Shown here piece after piece: positions 1 through 10,100 of a stretch of 64,000 nt of DNA. A program made the position numbers and the translations under genes. How positions within the stretch are numbered: position 1 is the stretch's first letter; each line of letters starts with the position of its first letter. The notes below the pieces were generated by a model. That model saw nothing but the letters and a program-made list of their open reading frames with translations, was not told the DNA's origin and searched no databases. Source of the stretch: a virus; IMG/VR virus record IMGVR_UViG_3300025118_000006, positions 14,500 through 78,499 of that record; one strand, 5' to 3'.

Positions 1-13
1 ATGCTGCAAAAAT

Positions 14-430
14 ATGGGCGTGGACCGGAACACCATGAACAGGTGGCTCGTAGACATACATGCTGAGTGGAGCCAGAGTGTAGAGCCGGAACGATTAGAG
101 GCCGAGCGAGCGCGACTGATAGCAGAGGCAAGGGAGGTTCAAAGAGACGCTTGGACCTTCGCCAATTTATTGATTGATGAAACTCAGGCCAGAGAAAGAA
201 GGGGCTGGATGGGGTTGGTGCTGGCAAGCATCAAGCAGCAGTCGGAATTGCTTGGTCTGAATAAAGTTAATATCCAGGCTATAAGCACAGAAATCAACAT
301 GCAGCAAAACAACATAAACCAAGCCGACATGAGGCTACTCGACAAGATACCAGACAACGTGCTAGACAGCCTGGGTACCGCAGTAGCGAGAGCCATGAGT
401 GACAACGTCGTTGTCCTCGACACAGATTAG
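14..430 (+). CDS. probable terminase small subunit (5' end may lie outside the window)
   Basis: Helical protein with an HTH-like start (YGVDRNTMNRW) and a 'SELLGL' C-terminal motif typical of TerS; lies upstream of TerL. Confidence 0.45.
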   Translation: MGVDRNTMNRWLVDIHAEWSQSVEPERLEAERARLIAEAREVQRDAWTFANLLIDETQARERRGWMGLVLASIKQQSELLGLNKVNIQAISTEINMQQNNINQADMRLLDKIPDNVLDSLGTAVARAMSDNVVVLDTD

Positions 431-670
431 GCGAAAAGGCTTGCTACGACTGGTTGACCGGACTGGGTAGCTGTGATTCGTATTGTCCACCCGGTTTAAG
501 CTTGCACTCGTCCTTGTGTGGGCTGGCCAGAGGTATCTAACTCACTCCTTCAAGGTCCATTTCTGGTTGGAACGCTAGTGAGTCAGTCGCATTGCCCAAA
601 GAGGCCCCGGCCTTCGAGGGTATGCGTACATTTTGGTGACTTGCGGGCTCACCTCTTGTAGAATTCGAGT

Positions 671-997
671 ATGAGCCAAGACTTGCTAAAAGAGCTATTG
701 GACTTTGGCGCACTGGGAATCTTCGCTGGGTTTTTGGTGTGGCAGCATCTCGGAATGCAGAAGCGGCTGGACCGTTCGGTTGGTGACTTTCACGCAGGAC
801 TAAAGCGTAACACCGAGTTCTTCGACGAGCGCACAAAGATGATTAGTGACCGACACGACGCTGCAATCGGCGCAATGCGTGAAGATCATCGTGCGGAACG
901 CGAGAGGCTAGAGCAGAAGGTTTCAGAGCTTCAGCGCGATCTTCTAACTAGAGAGCGAGAATCGTTGATGCACTTTAAGTTAAAAAGAGATTCGTAG
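671..997 (+). CDS. hypothetical membrane protein (N-terminal TM helix plus coiled coil; holin-like)
   Basis: LDFGALGIFAGFLVWQ hydrophobic helix followed by a charged coiled coil. Confidence 0.55.
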   Translation: MSQDLLKELLDFGALGIFAGFLVWQHLGMQKRLDRSVGDFHAGLKRNTEFFDERTKMISDRHDAAIGAMREDHRAERERLEQKVSELQRDLLTRERESLMHFKLKRDS

Positions 998-1162
998 AAG
1001 TGTGTTTTTAAGCACATTTTCTGGCTTATATTTTATAGACAGTCTGGGTCTACGCGGGTACCCTCCGTGGGCACTCGATGGAGCAACAATGGAAGTTCTC
1101 GAATTCTACAGCATGTGCCTTTGGGTCGCAGTCCTTCATTGCTTAACGGTCTGGAAATAAAC

Positions 1163-1438
1163 ATGGAAGCAAACCTTGGAAACCGAGTGCAAGGAATCAT
1201 CGTCGCACTCATTGTGGCCGCCATAATCGGTGGCTGGAACTGGATGCAAGATATGACGACGCGGGTTGCCTTGCTCGAAGATGACCTCACAGAAACAATA
1301 GAGGTCTTGCACACGATCAACAGACCTCTTCGCCAAAGGCCGAAGGCAGAACGCGACGTAGTCGAGCGCAAGCGTAGAAAGCAATCGAAGCGTGCAAAGC
1401 GCCGAAGCCAGCTAAAAGCTTTGAGTAACACCCCGTGA
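1163..1438 (+). CDS. hypothetical membrane protein
   Basis: ATG at 1163; TM segment GIIVALIVAAIIGGW; basic C-terminus. Confidence 0.5.
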   Translation: MEANLGNRVQGIIVALIVAAIIGGWNWMQDMTTRVALLEDDLTETIEVLHTINRPLRQRPKAERDVVERKRRKQSKRAKRRSQLKALSNTP

Positions 1439-1690
1439 CCCAAATCTGGGACTCGGCAACGTGGGTGATTCACTGGCAGGTTATCATCGGTAACATCGAG
1501 CCAGAGGCTATACCTATCGGGTATCTGGTTGATGCCCTCTACGGCACCGACTATCCGAGGGCCTAGAAGTGGTCGGCCAGGTCGCGATCATCAATCGCGC
1601 TCGTCTCTTCCGGTCCATTCATTCTATCCCCCTACAGAAGGCAACAGCCCCACCCAACAGTCCAACGTAAATAGGCGGGGCTGCGTGCCT

Positions 1691-1924
1691 TCATTCCTCG
1701 TTTCGTTTTTGAAGCTCTGAAATAAGCTCCGAGAATCCATCCAGTTCGTCATAGAGCTTACGGACCTTCTCTGCAAGCACCTTTGTTTCGTCTGTTAGTT
1801 TCCAGACTGCCTCTTGATGCTCTGCGTAAGTGTGTCCAATCGCAGCACAAAGCTGCTCAGTGGTTAGGTCACTGGGTATCTTTGCGGTACCGTCTTCGTC
1901 CATAAATATTATCATTGCATACAC
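1691..1924 (-). CDS. hypothetical protein
   Basis: GAGG RBS; overlaps neighbours in the minus-strand operon. Confidence 0.6.
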   Translation of the reverse strand: MYAMIIFMDEDGTAKIPSDLTTEQLCAAIGHTYAEHQEAVWKLTDETKVLAEKVRKLYDELDGFSELISELQKRNEE

Positions 1925-2277
1925 CTCTCAGGTACGAAGAGTACGTCGCCAACCAACTCGAATCCGACCCGGTCGGATGCTGATAGGTTCGGGGGAAGCT
2001 CTTTGAGCCTGCCATCCTCGTTGAAGACCGCCACCCATCGAGGTGCGTACTTCTTGACCTCCACATAGCCTCCTACGTGCCTCTGAAGCTCGTCTAAGGC
2101 GAAGTGTTTGCCATCCACGGGTCGAACTATGTCTATCGAGCCAGTGGCTCGATAGAGGAAAGCCTCAGTCGATTTAGAACGCGCCATCATATCCTCCGTA
2201 ATCTTGTAACAATCTTTGCAGACCTCGTTACCAGCGGGGATGCGAGCCGCGCAACTAAAGCACACTATTTCTGCCAT
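1912..2277 (-). CDS. DUF3846-like protein with short N-terminal CxxC..CxxC
   Basis: LDELQRHVGGYVEV...NEDGRLKELPPN..AS...LVGDVLF pattern; GGAGG RBS before 2277 (alternative start 2190). Confidence 0.65.
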   Translation of the reverse strand: MAEIVCFSCAARIPAGNEVCKDCYKITEDMMARSKSTEAFLYRATGSIDIVRPVDGKHFALDELQRHVGGYVEVKKYAPRWVAVFNEDGRLKELPPNLSASDRVGFELVGDVLFVPERCMQ

Positions 2278-2279
2278 GA

Positions 2280-2729
2280 TTAACCTCCATCCGACTTGTA
2301 TTTTAACACCCCGAAGCGCAAAGACCACTCTTCTGTGGTCACTCGCTCTGGTAGCGCGTAGCGGCGGCCCTTGTAGTTGATGGCGATGATGTCACCGGCC
2401 ACTCCAACCGGATCGAACCGGATTGGCTCACCCTCGGGCACATCGATAGCCAGCGTTTTAAAAAGCTCTTCGACGTTGAGCCGATATTTTAGCTGCCTTG
2501 AAAGAGCCTCTCGCTCCGCGTACCGGCCTTCAAGCCGATTAATTAACTCATCTCTTTTACTCATTGCGCCCTTAGCCTCCGTGCTCGGGTTCATCGATAG
2601 CCTAAGCTTGTCGGCTATATAAAATTGGAGATCCGAGGTAAGGCTTTTTGGGATGTTGGCGACCGCCTTATCTCTGTCGTAGTCGTGTTCTGACATGAGT
2701 CGGTCTGCCCATATTTTATCTTCAGTCAT
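2280..2729 (-). CDS. hypothetical protein
   Basis: AAGGAG RBS; in operon. Confidence 0.65.
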   Translation of the reverse strand: MTEDKIWADRLMSEHDYDRDKAVANIPKSLTSDLQFYIADKLRLSMNPSTEAKGAMSKRDELINRLEGRYAEREALSRQLKYRLNVEELFKTLAIDVPEGEPIRFDPVGVAGDIIAINYKGRRYALPERVTTEEWSLRFGVLKYKSDGG

Positions 2730-2743
2730 GATCGTTGTGCTCC

Positions 2744-3145
2744 TTACGCAAGACATTGTTCTTTTTCATCGACCCATGCTTCTGATCGAGGGGCCACCAT
2801 CGCGGGCAGAACCGTGAGGCTCGGAAAGTGTTCAGCGAGGAAAGTGTCGATCACAGCCATCGCCGCTTCTTTTGTGTCTTCGATACCGCTGGTGCAGCGA
2901 CCATCGCCGTCGGGGCAGCTTTTGTAGCCCCAACCATTGGTTCCACCGTGCGCGTCTCCGAAGCCGCCTAACCAAGAGGTCACGATTGCGACCTGCTTCC
3001 CCATCCCATTGACTCGGACGAATTTCGGTGGATAAGAAGAATCGGGTGCCCACGGAAGAACCACCTTGGCTAAGACCTTCTGGGCTTCACGTATGGAACT
3101 GGGGTCTTGGGTGTCGAAGGATTTAAGGTTATTAGTGACCATCAC
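2744..3145 (-). CDS. hypothetical protein
   Basis: GGAGG RBS; in operon. Confidence 0.65.
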   Translation of the reverse strand: MMVTNNLKSFDTQDPSSIREAQKVLAKVVLPWAPDSSYPPKFVRVNGMGKQVAIVTSWLGGFGDAHGGTNGWGYKSCPDGDGRCTSGIEDTKEAAMAVIDTFLAEHFPSLTVLPAMVAPRSEAWVDEKEQCLA

Positions 3146-3152
3146 AGCCTCC

Positions 3153-3620
3153 TTATTTCTGGCAATTCAGCAGCTTGGTGTTGCCGTAAATGTCACGAAT
3201 GACCGTGAACGGTGAGGTGTTTGGCTCATCAGGAACGGCCTCAATAAGGGCAGTCTTCACGTAGGTTTCTTCGCCTGTCTCGGCGCAGAAAATCTTTGTC
3301 AGGCCGCCGGTCTTGTTTCCGTAGCCAAGTTGAGCAGCGGTGCGAGCGCGGAGCACGGTGTAGGTCCGGTCGCGATGAAGCATAACCGACACCGACCTTG
3401 GCGCGAGCCGTGTCTCGCCAGCACTGTTCAGTCCATGCGAGCGGGGGCTGTCGTACCAAGCGTTACGCTCGTCTTGCGTAATAGGTCGGCTGGAATGAAC
3501 TGTTCCGTCCATGTCGTTGCCATAGGTTTCGAGGGGATACTCAAGCTCGCCACCCTCTTTGTTGGTGAAGCACTTGGCTACGTTTAATCGAACGATGGTA
3601 TTTTTGAGAATCTTAGTCAT
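3153..3620 (-). CDS. hypothetical early protein
   Basis: True start at 3620 (MTKILK) after TGGAGA RBS and a sigma70-like promoter; the upstream ORF extension is probably spurious. Confidence 0.7.
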   Translation of the reverse strand: MTKILKNTIVRLNVAKCFTNKEGGELEYPLETYGNDMDGTVHSSRPITQDERNAWYDSPRSHGLNSAGETRLAPRSVSVMLHRDRTYTVLRARTAAQLGYGNKTGGLTKIFCAETGEETYVKTALIEAVPDEPNTSPFTVIRDIYGNTKLLNCQK

Positions 3621-3647
3621 TTTCTGTCTCCAATCAAGATTTGCTAA

Positions 3648-3700
3648 CGTCACATTCAGGATTATAGGCATAGCCCTGGGGGCACGGTCAAGTACTTTAT
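3648..3700 (-). promoter_or_regulatory. sigma70-like early promoter with GTGACG box
   Basis: TAAAGTAC-TTGACC-N19-TATAAT-N7-GTGACG. Confidence 0.65.
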
Positions 3701-4002
3701 TACATAAAAGTTGAGAAAAAGAACTCGAACTCTGCCGACTCAGCCGCAGCAAGTCGATTAGCGAGTTCATTTTTTTCGTCTTCATCCTGCAATTCACGCG
3801 CAATCGCACCCCATGAGCAGTCGCCAGATTGGCATTCTGCCTTACCCTCGCGACGGGTAACGCGCTCAATAGCACGCTCTTCAGCGCCCATAGATGCGCG
3901 GGAGCAGGAGGAGCCGGGGGAGCCCTTACCTGGGTCACCCCAGAAAGAGCCCCGGCGGCCTCGGTGTCGAGGGACTAATGATTTAGAAGTAGATGCAGCC
4001 AT
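3700..4002 (-). CDS. hypothetical protein
   Basis: GGAGG RBS before ATG at 4002 (MAASTSK...). Confidence 0.5.
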   Translation of the reverse strand: MAASTSKSLVPRHRGRRGSFWGDPGKGSPGSSCSRASMGAEERAIERVTRREGKAECQSGDCSWGAIARELQDEDEKNELANRLAAAESAEFEFFFSTFM

Positions 4003-4004
4003 GA

Positions 4005-4226
4005 TTACTTTACCTCCGCTTTGCGAGCACGCTTCCATTTGGGCTTTGTAGGCTCTCTCAGTTCGCAGCCCTTTGGGCATTTCATCTCCGTAAGACCCTC
4101 CACGAGAGGAACGCTACCCCACCCGCCACAGACGCACTCGTTGTGCATCCACGTGGGCCGTGGGTATGGAAGGTTTGCTCGCCATGGAATGGTCGCTGAC
4201 TCTGTTCTTATTGTGTTCGTATTCAT
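4005..4226 (-). CDS. small Cys-rich (CxC..CxxGC) hypothetical protein
   Basis: TAATG coupling with the upstream gene; Zn-ribbon-like cysteines. Confidence 0.55.
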   Translation of the reverse strand: MNTNTIRTESATIPWRANLPYPRPTWMHNECVCGGWGSVPLVEGLTEMKCPKGCELREPTKPKWKRARKAEVK

Positions 4227-4408
4227 TACTTAACCTCCACTGGCTCGGCTACGGCTTTGCCAAGCGTCCATACACCGCCCATCGACTCGACCATCTCGTA
4301 TAGTGAGCGGTGGAACTTGTAGCGGCAATCATCAACGCTATTCGCGATGTACGTTACGTTTTCTTCGCCACTGTTGACGGGCGCAAGGTCTGTGATTCTA
4401 ACTTTCAT
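4226..4408 (-). CDS. hypothetical early protein
   Basis: TGGAGA RBS; start MKVRIT downstream of a promoter. Confidence 0.6.
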   Translation of the reverse strand: MKVRITDLAPVNSGEENVTYIANSVDDCRYKFHRSLYEMVESMGGVWTLGKAVAEPVEVK

Positions 4409-4429
4409 TTTTTTCTCCAAATAAATTAA

Positions 4430-4480
4430 CGTCACCCGATAAGTTATAAGCCCTACCAAGCCTGTAGTCAAGCACTTTAC
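4430..4480 (-). promoter_or_regulatory. sigma70-like early promoter with GTGACG box
   Basis: TAAAGTGC-TTGACT-N17-TATAAC-N7-GTGACG. Confidence 0.7.
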
Positions 4481-4500
4481 TACAAGTTTGTGAAAAAAAG

Positions 4501-4677
4501 TTAATAACCGAGCAACAGCGCGACAGTGCCTATTGCGACAACGGCGCAACTAATGGTGACGATAGGGTCAAAAACTATGCGCCCAGTGAATGGGCTCTTG
4601 TGGGTGTAGAACGACGGTTCCTTCGCGTGAGGGTTTACCGTCCATTCACCACAGTGGTTACATTTAAGCCTTTCCAT
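4501..4677 (-). CDS. small membrane protein with CxxC
   Basis: MERLKCNHCG; C-terminal TM helix. Confidence 0.5.
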   Translation of the reverse strand: MERLKCNHCGEWTVNPHAKEPSFYTHKSPFTGRIVFDPIVTISCAVVAIGTVALLLGY

Positions 4678-4915
4678 AACAGCCCCCCGTTCGCTCACGA
4701 GCATCGAACTCGCTTGCTGCTCTGATCAAGTGCGTGGCAAGGTTACGTGCTTGGGCAGATGACAGGTTGAGGCTTGGTCCTGGGTGCTCGATACGGACGG
4801 TGAAGAGGTTGCCTTCATCATATCCACCACAGACGCTCACGATGCCGTTAAGTGTGTTTATACCAGTACATTCCAGGCCCTCAAGCTCCGGCTGATTCAT
4901 TTCATTGCTAGTCAT
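4664..4915 (-). CDS. hypothetical protein
   Basis: GAGGA RBS; first gene after the promoter at 4982. Confidence 0.6.
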   Translation of the reverse strand: MTSNEMNQPELEGLECTGINTLNGIVSVCGGYDEGNLFTVRIEHPGPSLNLSSAQARNLATHLIRAASEFDARERTGGCYGKA

Positions 4916-4953
4916 AAAGGTGTCCTCTCGATAAAATAGTAGTAGTTACGCCA

Positions 4954-4982
4954 AATTTACAGCCCGTGGGGAAGATTGTCAA
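4954..4982 (-). promoter_or_regulatory. sigma70-like promoter divergent from TerL
   Basis: TTGACA-N17-TAAATT. Confidence 0.6.
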
Positions 4983-6644
4983 GTGGTTGCGAACGAACAC
5001 AGTGATATGGCCGCCAACATACTAGCTACGACAGCAGGTCGCAGGCGAATGTCTACGGCCTCTTTAATATACTTTGACACATACTATTGCGGCATGGCCT
5101 ACGCGGAACACAGGCAGAGGTGGTTGGACATTCTAGCGACCGCATATCGCAAGGGTCAGTCATCACGGGATGACCAGTCTTTACTGCTTCTGGCCCCTCG
5201 AAAGCATGGAAAGACTGAGCTTGCAGTTACATTCACGCTCTGGCTTATCTGCATGAACCGGAACATTCGTGTGCTTTGGATTGGTTCCAAAGCTGACTTG
5301 GCGAAGAAGCGTTTGGCGAGGTGTAAGGCCCTGCTAGAGAGCGCAAGAGTCCAGAATGACTGGTGCGGTGAGCCTGAAACCGGGTTCGGGCCTTGGCGTG
5401 GGGATTCTGGCGATGTTGAGTGGGACAAGAGCCGTATCCGAATCACGCGCAGCGCGGCACTTATTGACCCAACGATTGAAGCAGTCGGTATGCGTGGCGC
5501 AATCACAGGTGGTCACTTCGATGTTATTATTCTGGATGACGTGGAGGACGAGAATTCGGTGCGCTCGGGTAGCGTGCGCGAGCACACGAGAGAGTGGTTC
5601 GAGGGAACGCTTACACCGATGTTAAATCAGGGTGGGCTCATGCTTTGCATTGGTACCCGAAAGCATTTCGACGATCTTTACGGTCGTTTGGATGAAAATC
5701 CCATGTGGCAAATCATCACCGACAAAGCCATTATGCAATGGCCTGATAAGTATGAGCCGACGTACGAGGAAATCGACGGCAAGGATATATTCACAGGCGT
5801 TTCGGTGGAGGGTGAGGCGAAGGTTTTGTGGCCTGAACAGCGACCGTTCGAGTACATGATTCGTCAGAGAATTAAGATGGGTTCGACGATTTTCGCTCGC
5901 GAGATGCAGAACGAGGTAGTGGATGATGAGACGGCCCAATTCAGGCTTGCTTGGCTGAAAGACGCTATGGCGAACGGGTCGAACTATAGTCTTTACGAGT
6001 TCCCGCCAAACGTGGACATCGTAGACATCGTGCAAGGCTGGGATCTCGCGCTAGTTACAGATCAAAGAAAGGCAGACGAGGGCGATAGGGACTTCACAGT
6101 AGGCGTGACGTGGGGTCGAGATGCGAAGGGAAATCGGTATCTTCTAGGAATGAGGCGGGAGCGAGGTATCACCCCAGGAACATTGCGGAACTCCATCATC
6201 AAAGAGCATGAACGCTTTGCTGGAAAGGTTCGAGCTATTGCTATTGAGAAGAACAGCTTTGGCGAACTCCACTTCCTCGGACTTCAGAAAACCACAGATT
6301 TACCTCTAAAGGCACACATTACGGGGCGAAACAAAACCGACTCATGGGAAGGCGTACCGTCGATGGCGGCGCTTTTTGAAAACGGCAAGGTTCACTTCCC
6401 AAGCAAGACCCTGCGCGACAAGGAGATCATGAAGGACGTGATCGCGGAATTCCACGGCCTTGGCAGGGAGCGACACGACGACATCGTAATGTCTATGTGG
6501 ATAGCTGAAACCGTGCTACGCAAAGGTGGCTTCCAGTATCGTGCCGCGCAGGGAGACGACCTAATAGAGACGGATATTGTTGGCGCAGACGACTTCTCTC
6601 ATTTCGGTGGCGGGTTCGACGACCTACCCTTCCTTGACGATTGA
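4983..6644 (+). CDS. terL: terminase large subunit
   Basis: Walker A APRKHGKT; ITGGHFDVIILDD Walker B; IGTR coupling motif; RNase H nuclease GWDLA...DFT...HDDIV. Confidence 0.95.
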   Translation: MVANEHSDMAANILATTAGRRRMSTASLIYFDTYYCGMAYAEHRQRWLDILATAYRKGQSSRDDQSLLLLAPRKHGKTELAVTFTLWLICMNRNIRVLWIGSKADLAKKRLARCKALLESARVQNDWCGEPETGFGPWRGDSGDVEWDKSRIRITRSAALIDPTIEAVGMRGAITGGHFDVIILDDVEDENSVRSGSVREHTREWFEGTLTPMLNQGGLMLCIGTRKHFDDLYGRLDENPMWQIITDKAIMQWPDKYEPTYEEIDGKDIFTGVSVEGEAKVLWPEQRPFEYMIRQRIKMGSTIFAREMQNEVVDDETAQFRLAWLKDAMANGSNYSLYEFPPNVDIVDIVQGWDLALVTDQRKADEGDRDFTVGVTWGRDAKGNRYLLGMRRERGITPGTLRNSIIKEHERFAGKVRAIAIEKNSFGELHFLGLQKTTDLPLKAHITGRNKTDSWEGVPSMAALFENGKVHFPSKTLRDKEIMKDVIAEFHGLGRERHDDIVMSMWIAETVLRKGGFQYRAAQGDDLIETDIVGADDFSHFGGGFDDLPFLDD

Positions 6645-6703
6645 CGTTGACCAGAGTGTGTTTTTAGACATAATTTCATAATAGAATCTCGGAGTAGAAG
6701 CTC

Positions 6704-7087
6704 ATGCCTCAGATGCAAAAAAACAAGAAGTTCACCTTTCAGGCCACTAACGGCCAAGAGAAGGTTTTTAATTTAAATAGACGAAACCTCGGCTTTAACC
6801 CAAGCCAAACCTTCGACCATCACCAGATACAGGTGTACGCGAGCAACACGTCCCACGCTATTGCGACGGACCAGATTTCGCTGACCTTCAAACCTGTTAA
6901 TTCAGATGTCTTTGCTAGTCTGTCTGGCTCCACAACAATGGACAACGGTGACGTTTTTCTCGTTGATGTTGGTCCGTGGGAGGAGATAAAGGTGACCCTG
7001 TCAGCAACGCACGGGTTGGCCACATCGGCTGATAACGTGACAGTCGTGTGCAATTCCTTCGTGGCCTTCGGCGGCATGGGACAATAA
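6704..7087 (+). CDS. putative virion structural protein (beta-rich)
   Basis: GGAG RBS; composition; context. Confidence 0.55.
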   Translation: MPQMQKNKKFTFQATNGQEKVFNLNRRNLGFNPSQTFDHHQIQVYASNTSHAIATDQISLTFKPVNSDVFASLSGSTTMDNGDVFLVDVGPWEEIKVTLSATHGLATSADNVTVVCNSFVAFGGMGQ

Positions 7088-7107
7088 AAAATTAGGAGAG
7101 TCGAAAG

Positions 7108-10100
7108 ATGGCAACTGTAATACGGGCCTCTGTATCAACAACTAGCTCTAAAGAGGGTGTTCAGACTCTCGCAGCACTGAAGGCGCTTACGGTACGAACA
7201 GATAAAGAAGTTCGACTCGTGGAGGATTCTGGAATCCAGTATCGGTGGGATGCTGACAGCACGGCTACGTCGGAAGATTTCGACATCGTGCGCCCAACGG
7301 ATGTTGGTTCGGACGCATCCGCTGGACGCTGGCTCCGTATTTTCGGTAACATTCAAAGCGTAGCAGGCAGGACTGGGGTTATCACGCTTGCTTCAAGCGA
7401 CCTCACAGACTGGGGTGCGGCTACACCCCTGGCGTTTAGAACCACCACGAACGAAAACAAGATCACCTTTGGCGCGGCTGATATCGGAATTGCCAACAAG
7501 GACGGTACCGATCTGGTTTTCTTCTCAGACGCTGCGGGCGAGATATTGTTCGCGGACGGTGGGCGAACCGGAAACGTCAAGATGGCCATTGACATGGACG
7601 CTGGCGGCGTCTCCATCGGGAACAATGTTCACAGCAACACACCGCCAACGAGCGGCCTCTACGTCGAAGGCAGCGTTGGTGTTGGCGTAGCACCAAAGAC
7701 TCAGCTATCGGTTGAGGGCGCGGTTACCATCAAGGAGCAGGCGGCGGCTGATTCAGACACAGCCGCCTACGGGCAGTTGTGGGTCAAGACAGCTACACCG
7801 AATGAATTGTATTTCACCACAGACGCGGGAAATGACATTCAGATCACCACTGGCTCGTCGATAGTCGCTGCGAGCGGTGGGTCCACTGCGGCAGATGACA
7901 TTACAGCCGGTGATGCGGCGGTAAGTGTTGCGACAAGCAGCGGTGCTGTCGTTATTGACTCCAACGCGAGCACTGTGACAGTAGACGGCCACACTGGCGT
8001 GACCGTGACTTCGTCGAATTCGGGAGAGGTTGATATAACCTCGGCTGCGAACGTAGACATCAACGCTACGACCGGGGTCACGATAGACGGAACAACCGTT
8101 TCTATCGACGGGACCGATACGACTAACCTTACGATGACCGCTAACAGCAGTAGCGCCAAGGCGTTGACCATTGACGCTGTAAATTCCGGTTCAGGGGTCG
8201 CGAGCATTTCGTTGGGAACCACGAGCGGAACGGCGATCAGTATTGGACATTCAACCTCCGAAACGACCGTCAACGACAACCTGACCGTGACCGGTAATTT
8301 GACCGTTGACGGAACGACCACGACGATCAACTCAACCACGCTTACCGTAGACGACAAGGTAGTCGTTATTGCGTCCGGCGCTGCGGATTCCGCTGCTGCT
8401 GATGGTGCAGGTATCTCGGTTGACGGCGCGAGCGCCACGATACTTTATGACCACACTGGCACTCAATGGGAAATGAACAAGCCCCTTGAGATCACTGGCA
8501 CGTTAGCCACGACAGGTGACGTGACTTTCGGTGTGGACGATACGGGCGTAGACGTGCGTATGTTTAGCGCGACAGCTTCCGAGGGTGTGCTCTATGACGC
8601 CTCCGAGGACGAGCTTGCTTTGTTACTCACAACCAAGCTGAAGTTTCATGATGTAGGTGGTGGCGAGGAAATTTTTGCTTCAGCAGACGGACACCTTGAG
8701 GTGAACGCTGGTACGACGCTGGACATGACTGCGCCGACAGTGGATATGAACGCCTCAACAGCAGTAACTATTGACGGACCAGCAGTGACAGTTGCCGACA
8801 GTGCTGCTGGTAAGCCAGTGCTTACCTTAAAAACAACGCACACAACCAAGACATCTTCAAGTGAATTACAGTTCTTGAAAGACGCTGCTGATACAGAAGA
8901 CGGCGAGGTTCTGGGTCAGATCACATTCTATGGCGAAGATGAAGGAAATAATAATACACAGTTTGCCGGCATTGTAGCGTCGATTAGTGAATCCGACGAA
9001 ACTGACGAAGCAGGCAAATTAGAGCTTCAGGTTGCTGAGAGCGATGGTACAAATACAGCTATGACGACCGGCTTAACCCTAGAGGGTGAGCACGCAACTG
9101 ATGGTCAGATTGACGTAACAATCGCTGCCGGTGCAGCATCCACAACAACAGTTGCCGGTGACTTATCAGTTACCACCGACCTTACAGTTAACGGAGATGG
9201 AACATTCCATAACGCAAGTAGCAACTGTTTAATTTCGTTAGAGGCATTATCAGGAGCAAACTCTGCAATAGAATTTAGAGAAGGAAGCCTCTATTGGCAA
9301 ATGGGTCATCGAGGAAGCAATAACGCCTTCTACCTTAGAGATGCTCTTTCGACTACAGGCGACGTTATACAAATTGAAGAAAATGCTGGTGACAATCTCA
9401 TATATGGTAAAGCCGGATCTCTTTTGGGTATCAATACAGATGCCCCAACACACACTCTTACTGTAGCCGGAACATCTTTGATTACAGGCGACGCAACATT
9501 CGGCGTTGATGATACTGGAGTAGACGTAAGGCTCTTTAGTGCCACCGCAAGCGAAGGTGTGCTCTACGACGCATCCGAAGACGAGCTTGCCCTGCTTCTT
9601 ACTACGAAGCTCAAGTTCCACGACGTTGGTGGTGGTGAAGAAATCTTTGCGTCTGCTAACGGACACCTTGAGGTGAACGCTGGGACAACGCTGGATATGA
9701 CAGCGCCAACGGTTGACATCAACGCATCTACAACACTGACCATTGATTCGCCGAGCGTAGTAATCTCTAGCTCTACAGATGACAAGCCGCTGGTTGAGAT
9801 TGTGTCAACAAACGCTGGTGCGAACCCACCAACGCTTCTCTTGAATCATGCTAGCGCCTCTCCTGCTGACAACGATGAGATTGGCGAGATTGTCTTTAAC
9901 GGCAACGACGACGGCGGCTCGTCCACTATGATGGCGAAGATCGTAGCAACATCCCCGGATGTTTCTAATGGCTCTGAAGATGGTAAGATTGCGTTTAAGC
10001 TGCGTACCGCAGGGGCAGTATTGACGCCTGTTGAAATCGTAGGAGCAGGTTTAACGATTGGTTCTGCCACTGAAGCAGACTCTATGATTATCTTCGACGG

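Noticed and set aside
1440-1694. In-frame TAG at ~1563 (minus strand) suggesting stop-codon reassignment
   Set aside because: Many well-supported genes (portal, fibre, tail terminator) end at TAG followed immediately by the next gene, so the standard code fits.
3621-3938. N-terminal extension of ORF 3153..3938
   Set aside because: It spans a promoter and another ORF; the RBS supports the start at 3620.
4983-6644. Intron or intein in TerL (common in SPO1/Twort-like phages)
   Set aside because: The ORF is continuous, of normal length, and lacks splicing motifs.
8512-9747. Fibre repeat as a DGR template/variable repeat pair
   Set aside because: Both copies are coding, differences are mainly synonymous rather than adenine-specific, and there is no reverse transcriptase in the window.
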